A stretch of DNA of 64,000 bases from an uncultured Spirochaetota bacterium (GTDB lineage Bacteria > Spirochaetota > Spirochaetia > SZUA-6 > Fen-1364): contig CAVUXE010000099.1 in NCBI GenBank assembly GCA_963745235.1, positions 165,431 through 229,430 of the forward strand, written 5' to 3'. Shown here piece after piece: positions 39,904 to 48,939 of this stretch. A model generated the notes under the pieces. It saw only the letters and a list, made by a program, of their open reading frames with translations, ran no database searches and was not told the origin of the DNA. A program made the position numbers and the translations under genes. Each line of letters starts with the position of its first letter. The stretch's first letter is position 1.

Positions 39904-40755
39904 CTAGGCTTTCAATCCAGTCATTGTAATGCCCTGGACGAAATACTTCGAGAGAAACATGTACAGCAGGAGCAGGGGGACGCAGGCAATCACGCTTACC
40001 GCGAGCTGCTCGGGGTACGGGGTGTTGTAGCCTCCCTTGAAGAGGGCAATCCCCTGGGGAAGCACCCGCATGTCGGGATTGGAGATGACGATCAGCGGCC
40101 AGATGAGCAGGTTCCACACCCACTGGGCATGAAAGATCACCAGCGCCAGGAGAGCCGTACGGGCCATGGGAATGGCGATCCTGCCGAAGATGACATATTC
40201 ATTTGCCCCATCCATGCGGGCACTTTCGACGTAGTCGTTTGGAAGAGAATAGAAGAACTGTCTCATCATGAACACGCCGAAAGCGGTCAGACCCTCGGGG
40301 ATCACAAGCCCCCAGTAGGTGTTCTGCAGTCCCATCCGCCGCACCAGGATGAAAAGCGGCACCACGATGGCCTCGAAGGTGATCATGAGTGTCGCCAGCA
40401 CAACGGTGAAGAGCAGCGTGTTGCCCCGGAAGCGGTACTTCGCAAAACCATAGCCGGCCGTGGCGGACAGAAACAGGCAGAGGAGGACTGCCAGCGCGGT
40501 GACGATGACGCTGTTCAGGATGAACCGGGGAAAATTGAAGTCGGGAAACGCGGTGAAGACGTTGTAGTAGCTCTTCCAGTTCCAGACAGGCGGGAGGAAC
40601 CTGATGGGGATGGCCAGGACGTCTTTGTTCAGCTTCACCGAGGAAATGACCATCCAGAAAAAAGGAAAGACGAAAGCCAGCCCGAGGATGATGAGAACAG
40701 CATAGAGAACGGTCCTCTGGATGCGCAGCGTGGTTCGGTAGGAAGGGGCAGCCAC
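39904..40755 (-). CDS. Carbohydrate ABC transporter permease (MalG-like)
   Basis: 6 TM, ESARMDGA EAA loop, WNLLIWPL. Confidence 0.93.
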   Translation of the reverse strand: MAAPSYRTTLRIQRTVLYAVLIILGLAFVFPFFWMVISSVKLNKDVLAIPIRFLPPVWNWKSYYNVFTAFPDFNFPRFILNSVIVTALAVLLCLFLSATAGYGFAKYRFRGNTLLFTVVLATLMITFEAIVVPLFILVRRMGLQNTYWGLVIPEGLTAFGVFMMRQFFYSLPNDYVESARMDGANEYVIFGRIAIPMARTALLALVIFHAQWVWNLLIWPLIVISNPDMRVLPQGIALFKGGYNTPYPEQLAVSVIACVPLLLLYMFLSKYFVQGITMTGLKA

Positions 40756-40758
40756 CGG

Positions 40759-41646
40759 TCATTCCCCCACTGTGCCCGACCTGAACAGCCGGAGCTGAAA
40801 GATCGAGAACACGAGGAGCGTCATGAAGAAAAGCACCGAGATTGCCGCGGAATAGCCGAACTTGCCGAACTCGAAGGCCTGGCGGAAAAGGAGCAGGGAG
40901 AGGATTTCCGTGGACCTGCTCGGGCCGCCCTTGGTGATGACGTACTGGATTGAGAACTGCCCGAAGGTGAAGATGATGCTGGATATCACTGCCAGGGCGA
41001 TGGTGTTCCTGATGGAGGGAAGCGTGACATACACGAGCTGCTGCCAGAAACCCGCGCCGTCCATGCGGGCGGCTTCGTAGAGGCTTACCGACACATCGAG
41101 AAGTCCCGCGATGTAGATCACCATGTAGTAGCCCACGGACTTCCAGACATACGTGATGATGATTGCGTAGGGGGCCGCCGCCGTGTTCGTGAGCCACGCG
41201 GGGCTTGCCCCGAAGACCAGGCGCGTGAGGATGGAGATCAGGCCCGTGGACTGGTACATGAACTCCCACACCACTCCGACTGCCACGATGGAAAGGATGA
41301 CGGGAAGAAAGATCAGGGACTGCAGGAGGTTCTTGTGACGGATCAACCTGCTGCCGAACATGAGCGCAAACGCGAAGGCAAGCACGTTGATGGCTGCAAC
41401 GCTGACCGCGCTGAAGTGCAGGGTGCGCAGGTACGAATTGACGACCCCTTGATCGAAAGCCATGGAAACGAAGTTCTTGAATCCGACGAACTTCTGGGGA
41501 GTGAGCAGGTTCCACTCGAAGAGCGAGAGCCGAAAAGCGCTGACCATCGGGTAGATCAGAAAGATCGAAAAGAAGATGAGCGTTGGCAGAATGAACACGT
41601 AGCCGTGGCGCTGCAGACGCGCCACCGAATAGCTGGCCTTTCGCAT
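40759..41646 (-). CDS. Carbohydrate ABC transporter permease (MalF-like)
   Basis: WKSVGYYMVIYIAGL...LYEAARMDGA, TKGGP. Confidence 0.93.
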   Translation of the reverse strand: MRKASYSVARLQRHGYVFILPTLIFFSIFLIYPMVSAFRLSLFEWNLLTPQKFVGFKNFVSMAFDQGVVNSYLRTLHFSAVSVAAINVLAFAFALMFGSRLIRHKNLLQSLIFLPVILSIVAVGVVWEFMYQSTGLISILTRLVFGASPAWLTNTAAAPYAIIITYVWKSVGYYMVIYIAGLLDVSVSLYEAARMDGAGFWQQLVYVTLPSIRNTIALAVISSIIFTFGQFSIQYVITKGGPSRSTEILSLLLFRQAFEFGKFGYSAAISVLFFMTLLVFSIFQLRLFRSGTVGE

Positions 41647-41668
41647 GTCCCTCCCCGCCGGGAAACCG

Positions 41669-41699
41669 GCGTCCCCGGAGAGCCTTCCTCCGGGGACGC
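41669..41699. other. Intercistronic stem-loop after the solute-binding gene (likely mRNA stabiliser)
   Basis: GCGTCCCCGGAG-7 nt-CTCCGGGGACGC perfect 12-bp stem. Confidence 0.7.
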
Positions 41700-41713
41700 G
41701 CGGATGACAATCC

Positions 41714-43007
41714 TTACTGGTAGATTCCCTTGATATCGCTCTGCAGCTGCGTCACGGAGTCTTCAACGCTCATGTTCTGGAAGATCACCCTGGAGATCGC
41801 GTCCCAGACCGCTGATGGTGACCTGGTTGCCCTTGGTGGAAGACAGCCACACCGCGGGTTTCGCCAGCTCTCCCTTGAACACCTGGTCGTAGTAGGGGAT
41901 GTACTTCCTGGCCAGGGTCGGGTCCAGGGCCTGCTTTCCGTTGGACAGCGTCACGCGGGGCTGGTGATAGCCCTGCTTGATGAACTCGTTCGGCTGGCTT
42001 GCCATGGTGTCGAGCCACTCGAAGGTCAGCGTCGGGTCCTTGGCCAGGCGCGACACGTAGAGGCAGTAGCCATAGCCGACTCCGCCAATGTCCTTTCCAT
42101 CCGTGAAGCGCGGATACGGGAAGGGCTGGACGTCCTTGCGCTTCACGGAGTAGGTGTCAAGCACGCCCCAGTACCAGGTTCCGCCCGTGAGGAACATCCC
42201 CGACTTCCCCGTGCCAAAGCCTTCGCGGTCGTTGCTCGCCAGCGCGGGGTCCCAGATCTTGTCCGTGGTCACGAAGTCCGTGTAGGTCTTCAGACCACGC
42301 ACCAGCGCATCTGTCTGGTCCATGGACGCGATGAATCCCTTCTCCGTCCCCCAGTCCAGCCCGAGCTGCTCCATCATGGCCAGGATCACGAGGAAGTTGA
42401 AGATACCTTCCTTGGAGTTGCACATGAACCCGTTGCGGACGGTGACGCCGTTTTCCACCTTGACCAGCTTCTTTGCCACCGCAACGAAATCTTCCCATGT
42501 CTTGGGCATATCGGTCTTCGGGTTCAGACCGGCTTCCTTCATGAACGCGGTGTTGATCCAGCCCACATAGTCGGACAGCTCGAAGGGGATGCCGTAGTAC
42601 TTCCCATCCCAATACCCGCCGCAGGTTTCGATTGCCCCCGGGGTCCACATCTTTACCACATCGTCGACGGACTGCTTGCCGAACCCCTTGGGGTCGATCG
42701 GAACAGCCTGTCCGGCGGAGAGAAACTCCGCGGATTCGCCGTTGCTCAACGCGAAGCTGTCGATCTGCCCGTTGGCTGCCAGGACCGTCCTGATGATATT
42801 CGCCCGGTCCCCGTCCGGCAGGAGCAGGAGCTTCACCTCGACGTCAGGGTGCTTCTTTTCGAATATTTTCACCGCGTTGAGGTTGATCGGATCGTAAATG
42901 GTTTCCGTCCAGTGATAGCTGACGATCACCTTTTTTGCGGGGGCCGCCCAACCGAAACTCACAAGGGTCAGCAGCGCTACAAGACTCACGACAGCCCGTT
43001 TTGTCAT
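41714..43007 (-). CDS. Sugar-type ABC transporter solute-binding protein (C-terminal frameshift near 41815)
   Basis: Signal peptide, GKYYGIPF, PKTWEDF, FGTGKSGM; true end in an alternate frame ...SVEDSVTQLQSDIKGIYQ* at 41714. Confidence 0.9.
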
Positions 43008-43082
43008 ATCCTCACCTCCGTGCCGTGGCAGATGCCCGTGCGGCCAGGGATTTTCCTCGGTCCCAACGAGACCGTTCCGCCC

Positions 43083-43916
43083 CTAGAGCTTTCTTTTCTC
43101 CAGGGTTTTTTCTGCCAGCTCCACGTATGTCATCACGGTCGCCTCGAAGTCAGCCTTGCCCTTTTCCGGGGTGGCGTCCCGGGGGTCCGTCTGCACGACC
43201 CTTCCCGGGCTGGGATGCTCGCTGAAACCCGCCCCGTCCACGACGGAGAAATCCGGATAGCGGATCGGCACGCTCCGCGGGGGGAGCGCGGAGAGATCCA
43301 CGATCTTTTCCCCGCCAAGAAACTGCTTCGCGATGTACAGCATGATGGAAGTCTCGGAAAGATCGGCGTGTCCGGCCAGGTCCTTTTCCGACACGTCGCG
43401 GGCGATTGCCAGCTTCCAGACGACGGTGGTGTCCGTGGTGTTGCTGTAGTGTTTCGCCAGGCGATCCAGGGTCTGCAGCTGGTTCCAGGCGCCGTGGCCG
43501 TTCACGATGACGATGACCTTGTAAGCCTGGGAGATCAGCATCTCCAGGGTGCTCGCCACCATGAGACCAAAGAGGTGCTCCTGGTAGTAGTGGCTCTTCC
43601 ACGTGGCCGTCGGGAAATCCATGCCGACGACCCACTGGTCTCTCTTGAACCCCAGGCTCTCCAGCATCCACTCCGGCCGCTCCCGCTCAGTCCCCATGTA
43701 CAGCGTGGGCATTACCACTCCCCTCCCCAGCCTGCGGCAGACCTCCAGCGCGCACTGGGTGGCGTTGATCGGATCCGTGCCGACGGGGAGATGCGGCCCG
43801 TGGTATTCGAGGGGCGCCACGGGAAGGAAGACGATGGGGCAGCGTTGGAGCTCCTCCCGCAGTGACGCGGGCCGGAGCATCTCGAACCGGATCTCACGAG
43901 CGCTCACTCTCCCCAT
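43083..43916 (-). CDS. Creatininase-family amidohydrolase (paralog 1; start uncertain)
   Basis: APLEYHGPHLPVGTD, VNGHG, GHADLSETS, DATPEKG. Confidence 0.9.
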   Translation of the reverse strand: MGRVSAREIRFEMLRPASLREELQRCPIVFLPVAPLEYHGPHLPVGTDPINATQCALEVCRRLGRGVVMPTLYMGTERERPEWMLESLGFKRDQWVVGMDFPTATWKSHYYQEHLFGLMVASTLEMLISQAYKVIVIVNGHGAWNQLQTLDRLAKHYSNTTDTTVVWKLAIARDVSEKDLAGHADLSETSIMLYIAKQFLGGEKIVDLSALPPRSVPIRYPDFSVVDGAGFSEHPSPGRVVQTDPRDATPEKGKADFEATVMTYVELAEKTLEKRKL

Positions 43917-43970
43917 CCTTTCACGCCTATCCAAAGATAGTATCCATCCATCATCAGGTCGAATCTCCCC

Positions 43971-44786
43971 TCACTGACCGCCCAGCGCCTCGCGCGCGCG
44001 GCGGAGCGAATCTCCCGGTTCGAGAGTCGGCCAGTACTCGAGGCCGAAGCAGCCGGTGTATCCCAACCGGTCCACCTCATGCACGATTGCCGGATAGTTC
44101 AGCTCTCCCCGGTCCAGCTCATGTCTTCCCGGCACTCCGGCCAGGTGGAAATGGCCGACCCAGGAAAGGTTCTCCTTGAGGAAAGTAAGGATATTTCCGC
44201 CCATGATCTGCATGTGGTAGACGTCGAACAGCATGCGGGCGCTCGGGCTGTTCACCGCGCGGAGGATATCCACGCACGCCTGAGGATCATCAAGGAAGCA
44301 ATCAGGGTGATCTATCTTCGTGTTGAAAGGCTCGAGGAAGAGGGTCACCCCGCGCTTCTGGCAAACGCGGGCTATGGCGGACAGGCTCTCGATGAGGCAT
44401 TCCGTTGACTCCTGCCGGGACTGGCCGGGCACCCTGTTTCCGCTGCCGCTGATGAACGCCTTGCACCCGATGCTTTGCGCCCTGTCGATCATCCCCTCGA
44501 TGGAGTCCAGGAGCATCCCACGGTCTTTCCTCTGGACGAGGGACGCCCTGATCCCCCCGTCGGGGTGATTGAAAACAAGGGCGGCTGTCGTCAGGCCATA
44601 CTTCGCATTGAGCTCTGCGATCTGGCGGAAATCCTTCTCTTCGGGCACCAGTCCCTTTCCGTCGTAGCGCCTGTCATGGAACCAGAACTCGTAGGTGGTG
44701 AAACCCAGCTCCGCGACCTTGCGGATGCGGTCCGCGTAAGGGAGCCAGGAGAAAAACGGCTCAATGCAGACACTCAGCTTCACCAT
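43971..44786 (-). CDS. Hyi/xylose-isomerase-like TIM-barrel isomerase/epimerase
   Basis: YEFW, LEPFNTKIDHP, LFDVYHMQIMGGN, HFHLAGVPGRHE...GELNY, GLEYWP. Confidence 0.88.
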   Translation of the reverse strand: MVKLSVCIEPFFSWLPYADRIRKVAELGFTTYEFWFHDRRYDGKGLVPEEKDFRQIAELNAKYGLTTAALVFNHPDGGIRASLVQRKDRGMLLDSIEGMIDRAQSIGCKAFISGSGNRVPGQSRQESTECLIESLSAIARVCQKRGVTLFLEPFNTKIDHPDCFLDDPQACVDILRAVNSPSARMLFDVYHMQIMGGNILTFLKENLSWVGHFHLAGVPGRHELDRGELNYPAIVHEVDRLGYTGCFGLEYWPTLEPGDSLRRAREALGGQ

Positions 44787-44794
44787 GAAAGCTC

Positions 44795-46081
44795 CTACAG
44801 CACCACCGAGGCGACCTTTCGGATGGCTTCCACCATCTCCCGGCAGTCCCTCTCGGACAGCTGGGGAGGAATGTCCAGGTGTACCGATCTGCCGAGCCAT
44901 TCCATGGTCTTCGGGCAGTCGTCCGGACGGTAGTCGGGCACGGGGCCGCTCAGGGGGCAGTTGAACGGGCAACCTTTCGGGACGGGCATCATCTTCTCTA
45001 TGAGCATCTTCCAGTGGGGATAGACATGCCAGTCGGGGACTCCCTTGTCGTAGATGCCGCCCGCCTCAACGCCTTCTGCGTGCAGAGCTTCCACGAACCG
45101 CTCCACCTGTTCGGGCCGGGGCAGAAAGAAGATGAGACAGATGGCCGTGTCTCCCGCGGCATCCGTCACGTCCCGCATCTGGAGCTTCGACAGGTCGGAG
45201 ATGCCTTCCTTGATGATCTTCTTGTTGTGCCGCATGCGCGACACCAGGGAGTCCAGCTTCCTGAATTGCGCCAGGGCCACGGCGCCGGTCAGCTCGCTCA
45301 TGCGGTAGTTGACGCCGAAGAAGATCTCCCCCGCGAACTCCGGCGGCGCGAAGCGATCCTTTCGCCAGCAGGCGGCCACGTCGTGGTAGGCCTGGGCGCG
45401 GGTGTACAGCAGGTCATCGTTTGTGCAAAGGATCCCGCCCTCGCCGGCGGTGATGACCTTGTGGAATTGCAGGGAGAAACAGCCGACATCGCCAATCCCG
45501 CCGAGGGGTTTGCCCTGGTAGCTTCCCCCGTTCGCCTGCGCAACATCTTCAATCACGCTCAGCTTTCGTCGTCTGGCGATCTCCATGATCCGGTCCATCC
45601 GTGCAGGCATGCCACGCATGTGCACGGGAATCACCGCCCTGGTGCGCGGGGAAATCTTTCTTTCCAGGTCGGCCGGGTCCATGGTGAGGGACCCATCGAC
45701 CTCTGCAACAATGGGAATGGCCCGCGCTGCAACAACTGCGGCGCACGTGGCGAAGAAAGTGTAGGACGGGACTATCACCTCGTCTCCCGGTCCGACCCCG
45801 ACGGCTACAAGCGCGGTGATCAGGGCCGAGGTGCACGAGTTGAGCGCAAGAGCGTGCTCCGAGCCGACGTAGGCTGCGTACTGCTCTTCGAGGGCCTTTA
45901 CCTTGGAGGGGGCGTCTTTCGGTCCGTAATAGCGGAAGAGATACTTGTTGTCCAGGACTTCCATCACCTCCCGCTTTTCCTCAGCGCCTATCTCCAGTCC
46001 GCCGGGGAACATCGGGTAGTTCGGCGATTTCTTTGCCTTCGGTCCGCCATTGATGGCCAGGTCTGACTCAGTGTAGCCCAT
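44795..46081 (-). CDS. DegT/DnrJ/EryC1/StrS PLP aminotransferase (paralog 1)
   Basis: LAINGGP N-terminus, GPGDEVIVP, IEDVAQANG, FSLQFHKVITAGEGG (PLP Lys), NYRMSEL. Confidence 0.93.
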   Translation of the reverse strand: MGYTESDLAINGGPKAKKSPNYPMFPGGLEIGAEEKREVMEVLDNKYLFRYYGPKDAPSKVKALEEQYAAYVGSEHALALNSCTSALITALVAVGVGPGDEVIVPSYTFFATCAAVVAARAIPIVAEVDGSLTMDPADLERKISPRTRAVIPVHMRGMPARMDRIMEIARRRKLSVIEDVAQANGGSYQGKPLGGIGDVGCFSLQFHKVITAGEGGILCTNDDLLYTRAQAYHDVAACWRKDRFAPPEFAGEIFFGVNYRMSELTGAVALAQFRKLDSLVSRMRHNKKIIKEGISDLSKLQMRDVTDAAGDTAICLIFFLPRPEQVERFVEALHAEGVEAGGIYDKGVPDWHVYPHWKMLIEKMMPVPKGCPFNCPLSGPVPDYRPDDCPKTMEWLGRSVHLDIPPQLSERDCREMVEAIRKVASVVL

Positions 46082-46154
46082 GGAATCAGCTCCTCGGTTA
46101 ACTGCAATTTCGATTCCAGAACTTTGGTCTTGGAATCACCGCCCTGGCAATTAC

Positions 46155-46187
46155 GTTGAACTTAAGCTCAACTTCTCGGGCGGTCAA
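46155..46187 (-). promoter_or_regulatory. Promoter (TTGACC-17-TAAGTT) overlapped by an 18-bp palindromic operator candidate GTTGAACTTAAGCTCAAC
   Basis: Palindrome at 46155..46172 (16 of 18 positions symmetric) covers the -10; -35 at 46182..46187. Confidence 0.6.
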
Positions 46188-46216
46188 GTTTTTCTCCCGG
46201 GGATAAAGTCTCTTTT

Positions 46217-47053
46217 TTACGAAAGTCTTTGTCCCGAAAGAAAGCGGCGAATGTCCGCTACCGCCTCTTTGGCTGCCTCATCAACGAGCGTCATCCCCGT
46301 GGCCCGGTCTGTATGGCGACGAGGATCCTGCTCTTCCCGCACGGTGAAGTCTTTCGTCGGAGAGCCATCAAAGGTGTCTCCATCCACGATGGCGTGGTCG
46401 ATGTTGCGAAGCGGCCCGGTGGCCGGCAGCCGGGACAAATCCACGCAGTCCGGCCACGTTGCGCTCAGCATGGAGGACTCCTCAGCGGTGGCGTGACCGA
46501 TTGATCCTGCCACGAGGGAACGGGGAAATCCCGGATAGACCCACATGAGCCGGCTCTTCCCGCGGGAGTTGTATTCCGCGCAAAGCCTGTCCAGCACTCC
46601 CTTCTGGTTGTCAGCCCCGTGACCATTCACGATGACCACCGCCTGAAATCCCATTCTTTCCAGGAGCGAATCCACTGCGCCGCGCACCGCGATGCCGAAC
46701 ACTTCCTCTTTCACATAAGCGCTTTTTATCGGGTTGGCGGGGAAATCCATCCCCTCGATGAACTCGGTGCCCGTGAACCCCAGAGACGTGAGCGTAGCGG
46801 GTCGGCGCTCCCGTTCCGTGCTCAGGTAGAGGGGCGGAAAGTAAGGACAGCGCATCTCGCGGGAAATCCTGCGCGCAAAGGCGTGAGCCAGCAGTCCGTC
46901 GCAGCCCATGGCAAGGTGAGGGCCGTGCCACTCAATCGGAGCGACAGGCAGGACGACGAGGCCCGTCCGTGATCTCGCCTCTTCCACTTCATCAGGGAAG
47001 AGGAACGCCATGTTCCAGTCACCCTCATCAACAGGCCTCTTCATCGCTCCCAT
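46217..47053 (-). CDS. Creatininase-family amidohydrolase (paralog 2)
   Basis: APIEWHGPHLAMGCD, VNGHG, GHATAEESS; ATG 47053 follows AGGAGAGGTG. Confidence 0.9.
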   Translation of the reverse strand: MGAMKRPVDEGDWNMAFLFPDEVEEARSRTGLVVLPVAPIEWHGPHLAMGCDGLLAHAFARRISREMRCPYFPPLYLSTERERRPATLTSLGFTGTEFIEGMDFPANPIKSAYVKEEVFGIAVRGAVDSLLERMGFQAVVIVNGHGADNQKGVLDRLCAEYNSRGKSRLMWVYPGFPRSLVAGSIGHATAEESSMLSATWPDCVDLSRLPATGPLRNIDHAIVDGDTFDGSPTKDFTVREEQDPRRHTDRATGMTLVDEAAKEAVADIRRFLSGQRLS

Positions 47054-47081
47054 GATCACCTCTCCTTCTCCTGCAATCGAT

Positions 47082-47099
47082 GGAGTTGATATCAGCTCC
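47082..47099. promoter_or_regulatory. Palindrome GGAGTTGATATCAGCTCC in the divergent intergenic region
   Basis: 16 of 18 positions symmetric; lies between creatininase 2 and aminotransferase 2. Confidence 0.45.
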
Positions 47100-47150
47100 C
47101 CGAGCATTGCAATATGGGGTAATTCGCACAGGAAGAGGGAGGCTGGAAAT

Positions 47151-48383
47151 ATGCCGGGACCCGGTTTCGAATGGATAGGAGCCGAAGAAGAAAAGGAAGT
47201 CCTCGACGTTCTGCGCTCGAGGTGGCTCTTCCGATATGGCGACGAGAAAGACCCGCAGTTCAAGCGAAAAGTCAAGAGCCTGGAAGAAATGGTCGAGAAG
47301 GACTTCGACACACGGCATGCTCTTGCGGTCACCTCCGGAACAGCCGCCCTGATCACGGCGCTCTCAGCGCTGGGCATCGGGCCGGGGGACGAGGTCATCG
47401 TTCCCGGCTACACCTTCATCGCTTCGATCTCCTCCGTCATCATCGCTCGCGCGGTCCCCGTGCTTGCCGAAGTGGATGAAAGCCTCACCCTGGACCCCGA
47501 GGACATTGAAAAGAAGATCACGCCCCGGACCCGGGCAATCATGGCGGTTCACATGCTCGGGAATCCGTGCGACCTGTCCAGGATCGAAGCTGTGGCGCGC
47601 AAGCACAACCTCATCCTCATCGAGGACGCCGCGCAGGCGTTTGGCGGGTCCTGGAAGGGAAAGAAACTGGGGACAATCGGACGCATCGGGATCTATTCGT
47701 TCAACATCTTCAAGACCATCAACGCCGGGGACGGCGGGATGGTAGTGACCGACGACGACGAGCTGTACTTCCGCGCTTTCGGCTATCACGATCAGGGCCA
47801 CTTCCCCAGCCGCTCAGGGGTGGAGGTTGGCAACCGTTCGATCATAGGACAGAACTACCGCATGAACGAGATCACCGGTGCAGTGCTGATCGCCCAGTTC
47901 CGACGGCTGTCGAATATCATTGAGCGCCTCAGCTACATCAAAGCGCGGATGAAGAAGCAGCTCCAGGGAGCTGCGGGAGTGAGCTTCCGCCGCATCAACG
48001 ACCCCGAGGGGGAATGCAATACCCTGCTCACAGTGTTTCTCCCCAGCAGGGACGTCGCTGAGAAGGTGGCCGTCAGGCTCGGAACCGTGACCATGACGAA
48101 ATCCGGCTGGCACGTATACAACAACATGGAGCAGATCCTGGGCAAGAAGATGATCACGGAGCACGGCTGCCCGTACAACTGTTCCTGCTACCCGGCCGCA
48201 ACGGACTACCACAAGGGGATGCTCCCCCGGACGGACAGGCTGCTGGAAAGAGCAATCAACATCTCCGTGGGCGTGGTGGACAAAGGCCTGGGCTCGGCGT
48301 TCGGAATCCACCCTCACTCCACGGACCAGGAAATCGACCAGAAGGCCGCGGAGCTCATCACAGCGGTGAAGGAATCCCTGTAG
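47151..48383 (+). CDS. DegT/DnrJ/EryC1/StrS PLP aminotransferase (paralog 2, KdnA-like N-terminus)
   Basis: MPGPGFEWIGAEEEKEVLDVL...LFRY, IEDAAQAFG, YSFNIFKTINAGDGG, NYRMNE; GGGAGG ribosome-binding site. Confidence 0.93.
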   Translation: MPGPGFEWIGAEEEKEVLDVLRSRWLFRYGDEKDPQFKRKVKSLEEMVEKDFDTRHALAVTSGTAALITALSALGIGPGDEVIVPGYTFIASISSVIIARAVPVLAEVDESLTLDPEDIEKKITPRTRAIMAVHMLGNPCDLSRIEAVARKHNLILIEDAAQAFGGSWKGKKLGTIGRIGIYSFNIFKTINAGDGGMVVTDDDELYFRAFGYHDQGHFPSRSGVEVGNRSIIGQNYRMNEITGAVLIAQFRRLSNIIERLSYIKARMKKQLQGAAGVSFRRINDPEGECNTLLTVFLPSRDVAEKVAVRLGTVTMTKSGWHVYNNMEQILGKKMITEHGCPYNCSCYPAATDYHKGMLPRTDRLLERAINISVGVVDKGLGSAFGIHPHSTDQEIDQKAAELITAVKESL

Positions 48384-48471
48384 CGCGGGCTGGCGCCTGC
48401 CTGCAATGCCTTGACGCGAAGCGCGGGTGGCCCGAGAATAGCCGTGCACCGCGGACGGAAAGGAGAAGGTC

Positions 48472-48936
48472 ATGAAGGGAAACCCAAGGCTTATCGAGAC
48501 TTTGAACTCGCTGCTCGCTGATGAGCTCACGGCTATCAGCCAGTACATGGTTCACTCGGGGATGTGCGAAAACTGGGGCTACGGCAAGCTTCATGACCAC
48601 TTCGAAAAGCGGGCCATTGACGAGATGAAGCACGCGGAGAAGCTCATCGGCAGAATCCTTTTCCTGGAGGGGATTCCCGTTGTCAGCCGGCTGCTGGACA
48701 TGCACATCGGGCCGGAGGTCCCCCAGCAGCTTGAAAACGATCACTCGGCCGAGGCGGGCGCCATCAAGGCGTACAACGCGGCGATAGTCGTTGCCGGTGA
48801 GGCCGCGGACTTCGCCACGCGCGAAGTCCTCGAAAGCATCCTGAAGGACGAGGATCGGCACATAGACGACATCGAAGCCCTGCAGGACCAGGTTCGCCAG
48901 ATGACAGTGCCCGTGTTTCTCAGCATCCAGGTTTGA
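48472..48936 (+). CDS. bfr: Bacterioferritin
   Basis: MKG...ELTAISQYMVH, DEMKHAEKLIGRILFLEG, EDRH ferroxidase and heme Met motifs. Confidence 0.95.
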   Translation: MKGNPRLIETLNSLLADELTAISQYMVHSGMCENWGYGKLHDHFEKRAIDEMKHAEKLIGRILFLEGIPVVSRLLDMHIGPEVPQQLENDHSAEAGAIKAYNAAIVVAGEAADFATREVLESILKDEDRHIDDIEALQDQVRQMTVPVFLSIQV

Positions 48937-48939
48937 CCC

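Noticed and set aside
44795-48383. O-antigen or aminoglycoside biosynthetic cluster
   Set aside because: No nucleotidyltransferase, dehydratase, glycosyltransferase, cyclitol synthase or exporter nearby, while an importer is present. Not fully excluded if partners lie elsewhere.
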